The position numbers and the translations under genes are program-made. DNA of 64,000 bases from the human T2T-CHM13v2.0 reference genome, Homo sapiens. Positions 50,420-64,000 of this stretch are shown here, in pieces (the first letter of the stretch is position 1; every line of letters begins with the position of its first letter). A model generated the notes under the pieces. That model did no database searches. It had not been told where the DNA came from and saw only the letters and a list, made by a program, of their open reading frames with translations. Location of the stretch: the NCBI RefSeq assembly GCF_009914755.1, contig NC_060930.1, one strand, 5' to 3'.

Positions 50420-51503
50420 TTTTAAATTTCTTTTAAAATGTAAAATTTCAGGAGGTACCCTTGCAGGTTTGTTACATGAATATATTGCATAAGGGTGAAG
50501 TTTCGGCTTCTAGTGTATACAGCACAAATAATTAACATTGTCCTTCATACGTAATTTTTCAACCTTCCTTCTATTCTCTCCTTTCCTGATTTTGGAGTTT
50601 CCAGTGTTTATTATTTTTATATGCATGCCCATGTGTACCTTTGTTTAGTTTACTGATAAGTGAGAATGTTTGGTATTTAATTATCTGTTTCTGAGTTATT
50701 TCACTTAGCATAATGGCCTCCAGCCCATCCATGTTGCTGCAAAGACATGATTTCATTCTCTTTTATGGCTGCACAGTATTTCATGGTATATATGTTTTAT
50801 TTTTCCAAACATCTGTAGATGGACAAAGGCTGATTCCATCACTTTGCTATTGTGAATAGTACTGTGATAAACACATAAATGCATATGTCTTTTTGATGTT
50901 AACATTTACTTTTCCCAGTAATGGGATTATTATGTTGAATGTAAGTTCTATTTTTTGTTCTTTAAGCAATCTCCATAATGTTTTTGATAGAGCTTGTACT
51001 AATTTTCATTCCCACCAACAATGCACAAGCATTCCCTTTTCCCCAAGCTTCCCCAACATCTATTGTTTATTTGCTTTTTAATAATAGCCACTCTGACTGG
51101 TGTGAGATGTTGTCTCATTGTGGTTTTAATTCACTTTTCTTGGGTGATTAGAGATGTTGAGAACTTTTTCATAGGTTAGTTGGCCGCTTGCATGTCTTTT
51201 TTAGATACATGTCTGTTCATGTCATTTGCCCATTTTTAAATAGGGTTATTTAGTTTTTCTTGTTGACTTTGAGTTTCTTGTAAATTCTATATATTACTAC
51301 TGTGTCAGAGGCATAGTTTACAAAATTTTCTTCTATTCTTTAGGTTGCTTGTTTATTGATTATTCTTTTGCTGTGCAGAGATTCTTAGTTTAATTAAGAT
51401 CCATTTGTATATTTTTTTGTTGCATTTGCTTTTTAGGTCTTACTTATAAATTATTTGCATAGAAGAGTTTTGCCTATGCTTTCTTCTAGGACTTTCATAG
51501 TTT
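50420..51503 (-). mobile_element. L1PA16/17-like element, 3' ~1.1 kb, nested in L1MC1
   Basis: New 3' end 'gcaggtttgttacatgaatatattgcat', then antisense ORF2 to 'ttcttctaggactttcatagtttc'. Confidence 0.85.
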
Positions 51504-51669
51504 CTTTGATCTCCAGATTTTCAGGGGGACTAATTTAAGTAATACTAAAACTCTGGTGTCCTCCACAGCTGGTTCTGCAGGAATTACTCTTTCTCTATTG
51601 CAATTCCCCTGACTTGACAAATTGGCTCTGTCTAGGCAGTGGCCAAGGTGAACCCACTGGGTGACTGAA
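51504..51669 (+). mobile_element. LTR8-type 5' LTR, only the last ~165 bp retained
   Basis: Aligns to 59246-59410 of the 3' LTR, with about 35 mismatches in ~165 nt by hand count. Confidence 0.9.
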
Positions 51670-51673
51670 AATT

Positions 51674-51692
51674 TGGTGGTTCATCTGGGATT
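51674..51692 (+). other. Primer-binding site, tRNA-Pro type (degenerate)
   Basis: tggtggttcatctgggatt versus the tRNA-Pro complement tgggggctcgtccgggatt, located just after the 5' LTR. Confidence 0.75.
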
Positions 51693-53648
51693 GCCCTTGT
51701 GGCTACCTGCCCGAAGTTTGGTAGTCCCCCTCTGGCAATGGATCCAGAGGCCAGCACAAGTGGCTGCCTCATTCTCTTGGACTAGGGGCTGACTCTGGCA
51801 CTATCTCTACTGGTGGGGTGCTGCTGACCCATGATGTATTGATTTAATTCCAATAGAGAAATAGTTACTGAAAAGACATCTTTAAACTGGTCTAGTGTGT
51901 ATTCTAGACACTGCCAACATCTGCTTCCTTCTCCCAGTTGGTTTGGCTCCTTAAAGGATCATTATTTGGCTCCTTTGGGGGTCTTGGTTTGGCTCCTTGG
52001 GGATCTCGATTCGGCTCATTTGAGGTCTTTGTTCAGCTCTTTTAGTGTGGTCTCAGTTTGCCCTAATTAGTAGGAAGAGTCTTGGTTTTGGAGACTTCAC
52101 TTCAACTGGGAAGATTCTTAAGGAGATTTCTCGGACAGAATAGGAGGTTAGTTTGGAATGAGTACTCTTGAAATTTTTGGCTAGGTATCTTGGTTTGGAA
52201 GGTCTTCTGTCCATCTTGTCTTCGTTGTATGTGTTTGTATGTGTGGAGGGGATCTGAAGGAATTGCTGATGGAGATCCAGCAGGCCTAACTCCTAGAACC
52301 CTGTATAAGTGTGTTCACATTCAATGAGTCCTGAAAAAAGCTCAACAGCCTGACTAGAGTGTTTGCTCTTCATCTTGCCCAGAGACAACCTATTGAATTC
52401 CCATTTGGAAGTCATCCTTCCCCACCTTGAGTGGATTAAAGATGGCAGGGACGAACAGGAGAAAGTTTGAGCCTTGCCTGGTTGATACTGGGTGTTGAAT
52501 AAAGTGAGTAGCATCTGTCTGGTTATGTGTATTTTACTGAGCTGGGATGAAAAATGTTAATTCGGTGCGCCATGCAGCCAGCTGAGCAGCATCTTGCAAA
52601 ATTGATAAGCTTTTGCCTATGGTTCCATAATACAGAAAATCATTATTTTCTTTTATCGTATGGCTTGACCCCCACAGCTATGGCATAGTGAGTGGGGTCA
52701 TGAAAAGCCACTCTATCCTTCTGGAAGCTGCAGAACAAGGGAATTCAGAAACCTTGTGTGCCGGCAAAATGAGTAATAATTTTTTACCAGTCAGGTTTCT
52801 GGCCTCTCTCCCACTTTGTGTAAATCATAAACATCACTGTTTGTCTCCTCTGCAAGGGTTTGATCAATTGAAAAAAGGATTTGTGAGACTAGTCTTGAGC
52901 TGTAGATAATCTGGTGTACTTTGTGGTATAAATTTGTCTTTCTGTGTCTTTTTGTAATGGAAAGTGGTACAACAGGATAAAATGTGGGCTTAGGACCCCT
53001 ATAAGCCTGTTGTTCAAGCTAGTTCGGCAGATTTGTCAGTTACAAACTTTGCTGTGGGTCCCTGAAATTAATACTAGATGAGGTTTCCCTTTCATCTTGT
53101 TTAATGCTCTTGTGAGTTTGACCTTGCAACAGTCTGGTGGTACTTTCTCTTGGTCCCTGCCATCCAGAGGACAGAAATGTTGTGGTTCATATCATAGTTA
53201 GCTCTAAAAAATATCTTGAGCAGATAAAAACTGTTGCAAGCTCGAAACTGGCTGTTCTAGGTTCATTCTGGGAATCATAATGAAACCTGACCAATGCTGT
53301 AGCTCAAAAGCTAAGGCTTTGTCTTTTCACAATGGTGGCTCAGGTTCAATTTTCCACCTAGGGAATGAATACTTTCTGTGTATTCAACCTTTGCCATTTG
53401 TTGATTCTCTTCCCCTCCATAAACAACTTATGACTTCCCTTCTTAAATTTTCCTTTCTCTGAGCTACCACGGTAGACTTTAAATCTTGTAAAAACTGCTT
53501 ACCACTTCTTTGAAAACACTTTGTGTACTGTGGTTAAGTCATAACTTTTGTTAAGGCTTATGGGTTTCACCTGGCAGATTACTTCTGGTAAAGTTCAAAG
53601 GCCAAAACTACTGGTTGTTTGGCCTGGCTACAGTCAGGTAATAAGAGA

Positions 53649-53651
<3 letters not shown>

Positions 53652-53727
<76 letters not shown>

Positions 53728-54330
53728 TATATATATAAATATATATAAATATAAATATATATATGTAAAATATATATAAATATATATATAATATATATAT
53801 AATATATATATAAAATATATATATAATATATATATAAATATATATATTATATATAAATATATATATAAATATATATATTATATATAAATATATATAATAT
53901 ATATATAATATATATATTATATATATTATATATATAATATATATATAATATATATAATATATATATTATATATATATTATATATAAATATATATATATTA
54001 TATATATATAAATATATATATATTATATATATTAATATATATATAATATATATATAAATATATATATAAAATATATATCTAAATATATATATAAAATATA
54101 TATAAATATATATATAAAATATATATCTAAATATATATATAAAATATATATATAAATAAAATATATATATAAAATATATATAAATATATATAATGTATAT
54201 ATATAAAATATATATATAATGTGTATATATAATATATATAATGTGTATATATAATATATAAAATATATATATAAATTTGTATATATATAAAATACATACA
54301 TAAAATATATATATAAAATATATATATATT
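53652..54330. repeat. A33 followed by a ~645-bp interrupted (TA)n array
   Basis: Seen directly. Almost purely A/T, built from (TA)3-6 blocks separated by aa/tt/aaa. Confidence 0.98.
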
Positions 54331-54384
54331 TTACAGAGCCCTATTGTTAAAAGTCAGCTTAATTAAAAAATAGACATCCAAGCT

Positions 54385-54433
54385 ACACACACAGACACAC
54401 ACACACACACCCACGCGCACACACACACACACA
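54385..54433. repeat. (CA)n microsatellite, interrupted
   Basis: Seen directly. Confidence 0.95.
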
Positions 54434-55237
54434 CGACATTTGTGCTTTTTCTCTTGTTTAATCTTGTTTTATTGAGAAAAGATTTTTGTTTGTTTTCTCC
54501 ATCAGTTGTTTTCTCAGTTTATCTTCTTGCAACTCTCAATGCCCACATGAAAGGACCTGAGATAATTTCTAACAGCCTGGAACTCCTTGGGAAAAACAGG
54601 AGGCATCACAGACCTCATTTTAGGAAAAACCTCTTTTCCTCATGAAACCCCAGGAATTGAAGGAGGACATACTCCTTTCAAAATCTAAGGCTCTGTTCTG
54701 TTTTACATTATGTTACCTGACATTTTTTACTTTTGGGGCTATCAGAGAATACTTTGCATTGTGAAAGAGCTTTTAGCCTTAATGTGTAATAACTAGGTAG
54801 GAAATATATTTTAAGGTATGGCTAATTGCAGTTATGTAGGGATACTTGGCGCTTTGCATGCTTGCATGCTTTTGGGCCACCTGAGAGGTATGGAAACATC
54901 CTCAACCCCAAGTGAGAGATCAGATTCCCATGGTGAATGGGCTGATTACAAAATGGGCTGACTGGCTTTGGATTGCCTTGCAATGAAATGGGCAGTAAAA
55001 GCATCGTGCTGTACCATTTCTTTCTTTTGGGAGATCTAGGATGTAATATAATAATGGAACCTCTAATTTTGAGGATCTGTTTTTGCCTTCCGGATGTGCC
55101 TGCTTATTACACCCTAGAAACTGCATACTCTCCTGGCCCTGTTCCTCCAAAGTCTCCACCCTGAAGCCAGTAATCCAATTAAGAATCTGGTAAGTAAAAA
55201 AATCTTACAACTACTGGATCTTCTGTCTCTCTGTATT

Positions 55238-55243
<6 letters not shown>

Positions 55244-55287
<44 letters not shown>
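55244..55287. repeat. (TG)n microsatellite, perfect, about 22 units
   Basis: Seen directly. Confidence 0.97.
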
Positions 55288-55288
<1 letters not shown>

Positions 55289-56563
55289 TGTTTATATTAA
55301 AGAGTTCTAATTCACTGGTTTAAAGAAAAATAAGTGTTTAACTCAAATATTTTTTTCAGAAAAATAGGACCTTTAATGACTTTTAGTTCATGTGACTTTA
55401 GTAATCTCTTGGAAATCAAGACAATTTTAAAGATTATTGGTAAAATTATGATGTCTTCAAAATTTAGACAGCTGGCCTAAATTAGGCAGGTCAGATATTA
55501 GGTTTGCTAAATGCTTTAAGGTCATCAACTGCTTCTTTGACAATTTTGTTCGAATTACCTACTTTAAAGCCATTAGATTCTAGATAAGGCCTGGGGACAT
55601 ACGGAGTTAGCTGTGTCCCCTAATTATGCTGGAAACAGTCAGACCTTATTTGGACTTCTGCCTAATGTCCTAGGCTTCACACCTAGTACATAATTAAAAT
55701 ATCTTTCAATATTGGGTTTTCACCAAAAATGAAAGTTGCTGAAATGTAACAGTGTAATATGTACTTGAAACTACTGGAAAAACAGTTTTACATGCAAGGT
55801 TGCAAGGTCTAGAAGGAAAGTAGAATGCGGTTTTGGTAGGGGATTATAAGAAGGCATGGAAATATGGTTTTTGTTCAACAGAATGTAATTTTGTCTTGTT
55901 CAGAGGGTTTTAAAGATTGTCTTAACTAAAAGAGTAATGGACAATGCTAAAAGATTAAGATAGTTGAACAGGTTCGTGAAGGATTCATCTTGTGAGGAAA
56001 GTGATGTGGGTATGAGCAATTTAGCTAAGATGTGAAGGGAATTATTTAGATTTTTTCCATAGGTTGAACATCAAACAAAAGCACACTGATGCAGGGCCAA
56101 AATCTCGGCCCATGGGTCCAAATAATGGGGTTTTCTTAAAAAATTGATCTGCTGTTTAACAGAAGATTGCAAAGGGTCCTAAAAGTTTATGAAAATCTTA
56201 CATTATGGTCAAACTAATTAAAACGGAATGAATTTACAAAGGTTAATTAAAAACTAGCCTTAGCATTAAAGATGCACTAACACAAATATTAAATTTGATT
56301 TTCTTTTTTGAAAAACACTTTTATGTTATTTTGATAAACAATAAAAGGTTTTCATTTGCCTTTTGAGTAAACTACAAAAAACAAGGAGGGAAAGAGAAGA
56401 GACAGATTCAACTGGCCTCATGCTGCCTTCCCTGGGTCTTGTTATTTGGAAAGCTAAATCTCCTATCACAGTAAAGGTTTTTTCCTTTTTAAAATTTTTG
56501 AGTTATCATTTTGGCTGAATGAATGACCTATGGTAACCTGAGATTCTATTTTGTGATATATAG

Positions 56564-56889
<326 letters not shown>

Positions 56890-58315
56890 AAATGTCTAGT
56901 ATTTTAAACCTTTCATATTTGACAAACCTTTTAAGATCAAATTCTAAGTTAAGTTTTAAAAAAATTAGGTCTCCTAAAGTCCAAAAAAGACACACATTTA
57001 GCTTATTTGACATATTAAAATCATGCAGAAAACAGTGTCAAATATAAAATTGTGTTTAACTTTCTTTGGGTTATATTGATATAAATATGTTATTAGTTTG
57101 TGTTACAAGATTTTACAAGGTTCCTATAAATTCTGATATGTCGCAGTATAGCCTATCAGTAATAATTATAATTGTTATGGTAAATTGTTATGTGTCACAG
57201 AGATGATCATATTTCCTTGTTGTTTTGCATCTTCAACTATGACTGTCCTGAGATTTTGTCATCCACAGACAATTGTTATCTTGTTTTCATTCTTTTCAAA
57301 AGGCAGTTTATAATCAGCAATAGGACTCTGATGGGTCCTATTGAATTCAGGCCTCTTATAACTTTAGACACTCTGTGATTGAAATATAGGAAAGAAACAA
57401 ACTTCTAGGACTCTCACAGAGAGTTGATTTGTTAAAGATTGCTAATCCTTTTGTTTTACAGAGTCAAAGAAACATTTCTTTTAAACTATTTACAACTCTT
57501 AGCAAGTGAGTAAAGTATACTCCTGGGAGCAAAATTTGGAGCATATTGCTTTCTCTCCACCTGATTTCTCTAGAATTTAGAAAGTATTATGAGTATTGTC
57601 AAGTTATGTCAGTATAGTAATTTGCATAAAAGCAATAAGAGTCTGTTTTCTTTCATAAAAGGACACGATCAGAGAAACTGGTTATTTTATGAAGGCTGTG
57701 ACTGGAATGGCATGCTTTCTTTAAGGAATCAGTGTTGACTTACTGAGTCAATAAAAGCTCCTCAGGAAGCTGGGCTTATACCTTGTCTACACATTTCCTG
57801 TACATGGTTCCTGACCTGTGGTAAGTTAAGAATGTCACTTTCTGACAGGCCCAGGAACCCCTGGGACCTAGAAAGGAGGAAAATTTTCTTGGCACCAAGA
57901 GAGGACAAAAATTCATCAAACTCATACATGTATTTGCAGGCATAGGTAAGTCCATGGCTGGGCTTTAAGTCTTTAAAAAGTAAATCTGAGATTTTTTTAT
58001 AGAACAAAGTTTCAGCAATGCTATTTTTTTAAGCTCCTATATGGCAAATAATTATTCCTACTGCATTTTATGCAAAAAAAAATCAGGCCTATTATAATAA
58101 GAATAAAACTTGTTTTGCAAGTAAACTTAACCTACTATGATTTATCGTTAATAAAATGGGGATGGAAGAGAGAAAAAAATATGTTTTTTTAAAACACTGC
58201 AGTACACCTGTTGTTCTTGAGGAGAGTTTTTCAGCAATTTGGACAAAATCTTAAATTCATTGTGGCGACAAGTCCCCAAACTAATGCTTTTTTTTTTTTA
58301 AACTGGGAATTTCAC

Positions 58316-58410
58316 TTTTTATCCTATTTATTTATTTTATCCTATTGTTTATCCTATGCTATCCATTTTTTATCCTATTTATTTATTTTATCCTATTGTA
58401 TCCATTATTT
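58316..58410. repeat. Compound tandem repeat of ttatcctat units
   Basis: tttttatcctatttatttattttatcctattg occurs twice, about 51 bp apart. Confidence 0.85.
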
Positions 58411-58690
58411 ACCTTATAATATGCCATCTATTTAAATGCTGCACCTAAGCTATAGATGAGAATACTAACACCTTTGTTATGAAAGCCTTGGAACCCCAGT
58501 CTGGCCTGCTTGAATATGTTCAGACAGCTCAGACAGCTGCAAAGTGATTCTACTCCTCTCACCTTGGGGTCAACATCTACCCCATTACCACTCCGTCAGC
58601 AGGAAGGTGTTAGATCTGTTGTCAACCTTTTTCTATCTTTATTAGCCCACACCTTAAGATTAAAATGTTATAAAATGCAAAGGAAGGAAT

Positions 58691-59410
58691 TAAAACCACC
58701 TTTGCAAACATTATAACTAAAGTAATTATGACAGTGAAAGAGATCAGACCTAGCCGATTCCATTTTGCTTCTAACCTTTAAGCTTTCCTTGTTCATTCCT
58801 AGGTGTTCCTTTTGGAGGAACATAGTTTATGGTGTCACTTTGAAGCAAAGACAATAATACCTGTTTCCCAAAACACACCCCCTTCTTGCCTGGGGACCAG
58901 TTTGCCGTTGTAGGACTAACAAATTAGCTCCAAGACTTTAAATTACAATTTAGGGGCCATGCAGCCTCTGACTGCAAGAGTCTGAAACTCTCCAAAATGA
59001 GCATGGAAAAACATCATCATTGTAAAACCTAAAATCAGTGCTTGAGATATTTAGCAAACCTTGTGTTCCAATGTACCACCTGACACCACCCAGACCAGTA
59101 ATGTGGCACAATCAGTTCCATGATTCCAGTCAGGAACAGAAGACAGCAAGAAAAACTCACTTGGACCCCTGTGATTTCATCTCCAACCCAACCAATCAGC
59201 ACTCCCCACTTCCCGAGCACCTGCCTGCAAAATTATCCTTAAAAACTCTGATCCCTGAATTCTCAGGGAGAGTAATTTGAGCTATAATAAAACTCTGCTC
59301 TCCTACACAGCTGTCTCTGAGTAAATTTCTCTTTCTCTATTGCAATTTCCTTTCCTTTTAAATAGGCTCTTTCTAGGCTGTGGGCAAGGTGAACCCATTG
59401 GGTGATTACA
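58691..59410 (+). mobile_element. LTR8-type 3' LTR, complete (720 bp)
   Basis: 'taaaaccacctttgcaaacattataact...gacagtgaaagagatcagacctagccgattccattttgcttctaacc...aataaaactc...gaacccattgggtgattaca'. Confidence 0.9.
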
Positions 59411-59782
59411 GAATTCCACATGGGCTCAAGCAATACTTCTGCAAAATTTCCAGGCAGTTCCTTGTGTTAGCCTGGAGTCTTGTGAGTATTGAGGGCACCT
59501 CTATAACTAGAATTATAAATTTTCATAATAGAAATGTGAAACTGTGGGCGTCTCACTCCGTTCTTTTATCAGGAAGCTTCTCCCAGTGCCACATCAGTCC
59601 CAGTTCAGCAGGCTACCGAACTTCACTTTCTTTGCTTTCCATAAATCTTGTTGATTCTCTAATAAATTCCAGTGTGCTCTCTTACATGATCTATTTGAAG
59701 TGTAACTATTTACTTGCTATTTTGATTCCTCTCCAAGAAAGCAGCACTCACTAGCTGCTAGCCAGCCATCTGAAACCAGAAG
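59411..59782 (-). mobile_element. L1 5' UTR start, probably of the L1PA16/17-like element
   Basis: 'ccagtgtgctctcttacatgatctatttgaagtgtaactatttacttgctattttg...ctagccagccatctgaaaccagaag' resembles old primate L1 5' termini. Confidence 0.6.
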
Positions 59783-62409
59783 CATTTTGTATTTTAATGT
59801 CTTATTATGTATTTTTTAGTATAATGTTGAAAAACAGTAGTGAGGGGAGCATACTTGCCATGTTCCTGATATTAGTAGGTAAGTTTAGAATTTTTAACCA
59901 ATAATATTTTTATCTGGCATTGTTTTGTAGTTATTCTTTATCAGGTTGATGAAGTTACTCTCTATTACTTGTTTTCTAAAATATTTTTATAATGAACTAG
60001 TGTTGGATTTTGTCAAATGCATTTAGTTGATCTGTTGATAGGATGATATTTTTTCTTATTTAGCCTGTTGATATAACAAATTGCATGAATTGATATTCAA
60101 GTGTTGAAACAGCTTTGCATAAGTTGGATAAATCTCACTTCATGTGGTATATAATTTTTTATACATTGTTAGATTCAATTCGCTAATATTTCCCTGAGGA
60201 TTTTTACCTCTATGTTTTAAAAATATTGTTTTGTAGTTTTGTTTTCTTGTCATCTTTTTTCTGATTTTTGTATTTGTGTAATATGGACCTCATAGAATAA
60301 GTTAAGAGGTATTTTGTCTTCTCTGTTTTCTGGGAGAGATTGTGGAGAATTGGCATAATTTATTATTTAATATTTTGGTGAAATTTAATAGTGAACACAT
60401 GTAAGTCTTGTATTTTCTGTTCTGAAAGGTTACTAATTATAAATTCAAATTTTTTAATATATATGGGCCTATTGAGATTATCTATTTCTTCTCGCGTGAG
60501 TTTTAAAATATGATATCTTTCTATGACTTGGTCTATTTCATCTAAGTTATCAAACTTGTGGGCATAGTGTTCACAGCATTTATTTTTAATGTGTCTGTGA
60601 TCTTTAATGATACTCCCTCTTCCACTTCCAATATTAGTAATTTGTGTTCTGTCTCTTTTGTCTTGTTCTGGCAAGAGGCTTATTGATTTTATTTATGTTT
60701 TCAAGGAACTAGCTTTTAGTTACTTTGATTTTCTCAATTGATTTGTTTAAAACTTCATTGACTTCTGCTCTTATTTTTATTATTTTTGTCTGCTTAGTTT
60801 GGATTTAACTTTCTTTTCATGTTTGCTAAGGTAGGAACCTAGATTATTGCTTTTGAAGCTTTCTTCTTTCCTAATGCATACATTCAGTGCCATAATTTGC
60901 CTTAAACACTGCTTTCACTGTATCCCTCAGATTTTCATAAGTTGTGGTTTTCTTTATAATATTTTAAAATTTATTTTGAGGTTTTTTGGACTCATATTAC
61001 TTAGAAGTATGTTTTTAAATCTCCAAGTATTTGGGTACTTTTTAAGCTGTGTTTTTGTTTAATTCCATCATACTCTGAAAGCAGACATTGTATGATTTCT
61101 AATCTTTCAAATTGTTCAGGTGTGTTTATGGCTTGGAATATGATGTATCTTGGTGAATGTTCCACATAAGCTTCAGAAGTATGTGTTCTGTAGTTGGATG
61201 AAGTGTTGGATAGATATCAGTTATCTCCATTTGGTGACGTTGAGGCAAACAATGTGCCTACTAATTTTCTGCTTGCTGGATTTGTTCATTTCTGATAGAG
61301 AGATGTTACAGTTTCCAATTGTAATGATGGATTGTTTTATTTCTTCTAATGATTATATTAGTTTTTAATCTCACATATTCTAATGGTTTGTTGGTGATTG
61401 TGTACACATTAAAGATAGTCATGTATTCTTGAAGAATTTATATTTTTGTCATAATGTAATGTCTCACTGTATTACTGATAACTTTTGTTACTCTGGTCTG
61501 CTTTATCTAAATGTATAATAGAAAATTATAAAATGCTATAAATATTAAACTTTGTTTTTAAATGGTGCATATAGAACCCTGATTTTTAAGTTATCAACCA
61601 TATTTGTTTGTTTTCTGTTTGTTGTCCTTGTTCTTTGTCTTGTTTCTGCTTTGTCTTACCCACTTTTTTGTCTTGTGGTTTTTAATTGAGCATTTTATAT
61701 GATTTTTTTCTTTCTTTGAATATCAATTACACTTCTCATTACTTCCTTTATTTTTTGCCCTAAAATTTTTAATATAGATTCACAAGTAATCCAAATCTAC
61801 TTCAAAAAATACTATACAAATCCATAGGCAGCGTAAGTACCTTAAAACAAATATTCCCAATTGTTTCCACTTATCATTCATATAGTTGTTATCATTTATT
61901 TTACTTATAAATAAGAATATATAAGTAGTGGATGTATTTGTATATTTATAGACAGATAGATATGAATATATTTGTAAGCATGTGTAATTGAAAATATTAT
62001 TGCTCTTATTATTTTAACAAACATTAGATTAGTTGAGAATAAGAAAAATAAATGTATTTTCTTTTTGATTACTTATAACTGATGATCTTTTTTGAATATA
62101 CATTTATGTATCTGATCAACACCTTTTTTTCCCTAAAAAAGTTTTTTTTTTTTTTTTTAACATTTCTTGCAAGATAGGTCTTTTGGCAAAAAATGTCCTC
62201 AATTATTCTCTATTCTAACTTGCTGTTCTCTTTTCTAAGTGAAGGATAATTTTGCAGGGTGTGGAATTCTAAGTTGACATTTTTGTTCTTTCAAAACTTC
62301 AAATATTTTACTTTTCTCTCTTCTTGATGGTATGATTTCTGATAAATTAGAAACAATTTTTATCCTTGCTCCTCTATATTTAGTGACCCCTCTTCTACTC
62401 AGCCTTTTT

Positions 62410-63262
62410 TTTAATTATACTTTAAGTTTTAGGGTACATGTGCACAACGTGCAGGTTTGTTACATATGTATACATGTGCCATGCTGGTGCACTGCATCCC
62501 TTAACTCGTCATTTAACATTAGGTATATCTCCTAATGCTATCCCTGCCCCCTCCCCCACCCCACAACAGGCCCCAGTGTGTGATGTCCCCCTTCCTGTGT
62601 CCATGTGTTCTCATTGTTCAGTTCCCACCTATGAGTGAGAACATGTGGTGTTTGGTTTTTTGTCCTTGCGATAGTTTGCTGACAATGATGGTTTCCAGCT
62701 TCATCCATGTCCCTACAAAGGACATGAACTCATCCTTTTTTATGGCTGCATAGTATTCCATGGTGTATATGTGCCACATTTTCTTAATCCAGTCTATCAT
62801 TGTTGGACATTTGGGTTGGTTCCAAGTCTTTGCTATTGTGAATAGTGCCACAATAAACATACATGTGCATGTGTCTTTATAGCAGCATGATTTATAGTCC
62901 TTTGGGTATATACCCAGTAATGGGATGGCTGGGTCAAATGGTATTTCTAGTTCTAGATCCCTGAGGAATCGCCACACTGTCTTCCACAATTGTTGAACTA
63001 GCTTACAGTCCCACCAACAGTGTAAAAGTGTTCCTATTTCTCCACATCCTCTCCAGCACCTGTTGTTTCCTGACTTTTTAATGATCGCCATTCCAGCTGG
63101 TGTAAGATGGTGTCTCATTGTGGATTTGATTTGCATTTCTCTGATGACCAGTGATGATGAGCATTTTTTCATGTGTCTTTTGGCTGCATAAATGTCTTCT
63201 TTTAAGAAGTGTTATCGTGAAAGTGGCCATGCTGCCCAAGGTAATTTATAGATTCAACGCCA
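62410..63262 (-). mobile_element. Young L1PA (L1PA4/5-like), 5'-truncated, with 50-bp 5' inversion
   Basis: Antisense 62410-63212 and sense ORF2 piece 63213-63262. Perfect 14-bp TSD tactcagccttttt at 62396-62409 and 63263-63276. Confidence 0.96.
62618..63172 (-). pseudogene. L1 ORF2p C-terminal remnant (184 aa, cysteine-rich/C-terminal region), not a host gene
   Basis: '[23 protein letters not shown]...[27 protein letters not shown]...HMFSLIGGN' is the ORF2p terminus. Confidence 0.95.
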
Positions 63263-64000
63263 TACTCAGCCTTTTTAAAGACTGTTTTCCTTTATCTTTG
63301 ATTTTCTGGAGCTTAAATATTAGAGGCCTAAGTATAGGTTTTGTTTGTTTGTTGTTTTTTGTGATTGGCAAGGGTATTGTATATACCCTCCCTTATTATC
63401 TCTGAACTTCCCAAAACTGCAGTTTTGTGTCTGACATTAATTTAGGAAAATCATCAGATATTATCAGTCATTATTGGTTCAAATATTGCTTCTGTTCATT
63501 TCCTTTTATCTGGTATTTTTATAAATATACCTACATAGATTATACCTTATATAATTTGTTGTCATACCTACTGTCTCAGAGGGCCCATCAAAAATTCTTC
63601 TTTTCTATTACAGAGTTTTTGATCTCTAGCATTTCACTTTGATTCTTAGAATGTTTATTTTTCTGCTTACATTATCCATCCATTTTAAAAAATGCTGTTT
63701 ACCTTTGCAAATGCAGAATAATTTAACAGAAATTCACAATCAAACAATACAATGAAATTGTATAATATCATACTTTTCCAGCTAAGTAATATAAATTACA
63801 AGACAAGAGAATAGAGCTTTAAATGTTTTTAAGAAAACAACAAATGAAAGTTTTATAATCAACATATTTTGACAAGACGGGCAAAAATTAAAGATACATT
63901 TAGATAAGTAAGAAATGAGGAAATAATCATTCAAAAGGCCCAATTATTAATAAAGAGTTTAAATATATATAAAATTTTGGGTAAGGATAATACATATTGA

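Larger units (their letters stand above)
59790..63700 (-). mobile_element. L1MC1-like element, continuation (ORF2 toward ORF1), interrupted by L1PA
   Basis: Resumes in register with 50410 at 'tgtcttatt...agtataatgttgaaaaacagtagtgaggggagcatacttgccatgttcctgat'. ORF 60363-60674 is ORF2p-like ('YAHKFDNLDEIDQ...EEIDNLNRPI'). Confidence 0.8.

Noticed and set aside
54032-54301. 89-aa Tyr/Ile-rich ORF
   Set aside because: It is a translation artefact of the (TA)n array.

Overview
AT-rich, CpG-poor simian (most likely human) genomic DNA with no recognisable protein-coding exon, RNA gene, CpG island or CRISPR array. It reads as a gene desert or the interior of a very large intron. Roughly half is transposable-element debris: L1s of many ages, six Alus, three THE1/MST LTR elements, ERVL LTRs, a nested LTR8/HUERS-P1-type ERV1 provirus with a tRNA-Pro PBS, Tigger/MER DNA transposons, and MIR/L2. 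All recognisable ORFs in the track come from repeats. I see no new gene system. The most notable structures record genome dynamics: (1) an unidentified polyadenylated retro-insertion inside an L1MA; (2) an ancient ~250-bp local templated duplication inside an L1; (3) an L1-mobilised, polyadenylated ERV-LTR stub; (4) three or four twin-primed (5'-inverted) L1s; (5) a four-level nest L1MC1 > L1PA16-like > ERV1 > AluSc with a large internal deletion; (6) a ~680-bp poly(A)+(TA)-rich array. Subfamily names come from remembered consensus sequences and need RepeatMasker/Dfam confirmation. Boundaries of old elements are approximate.
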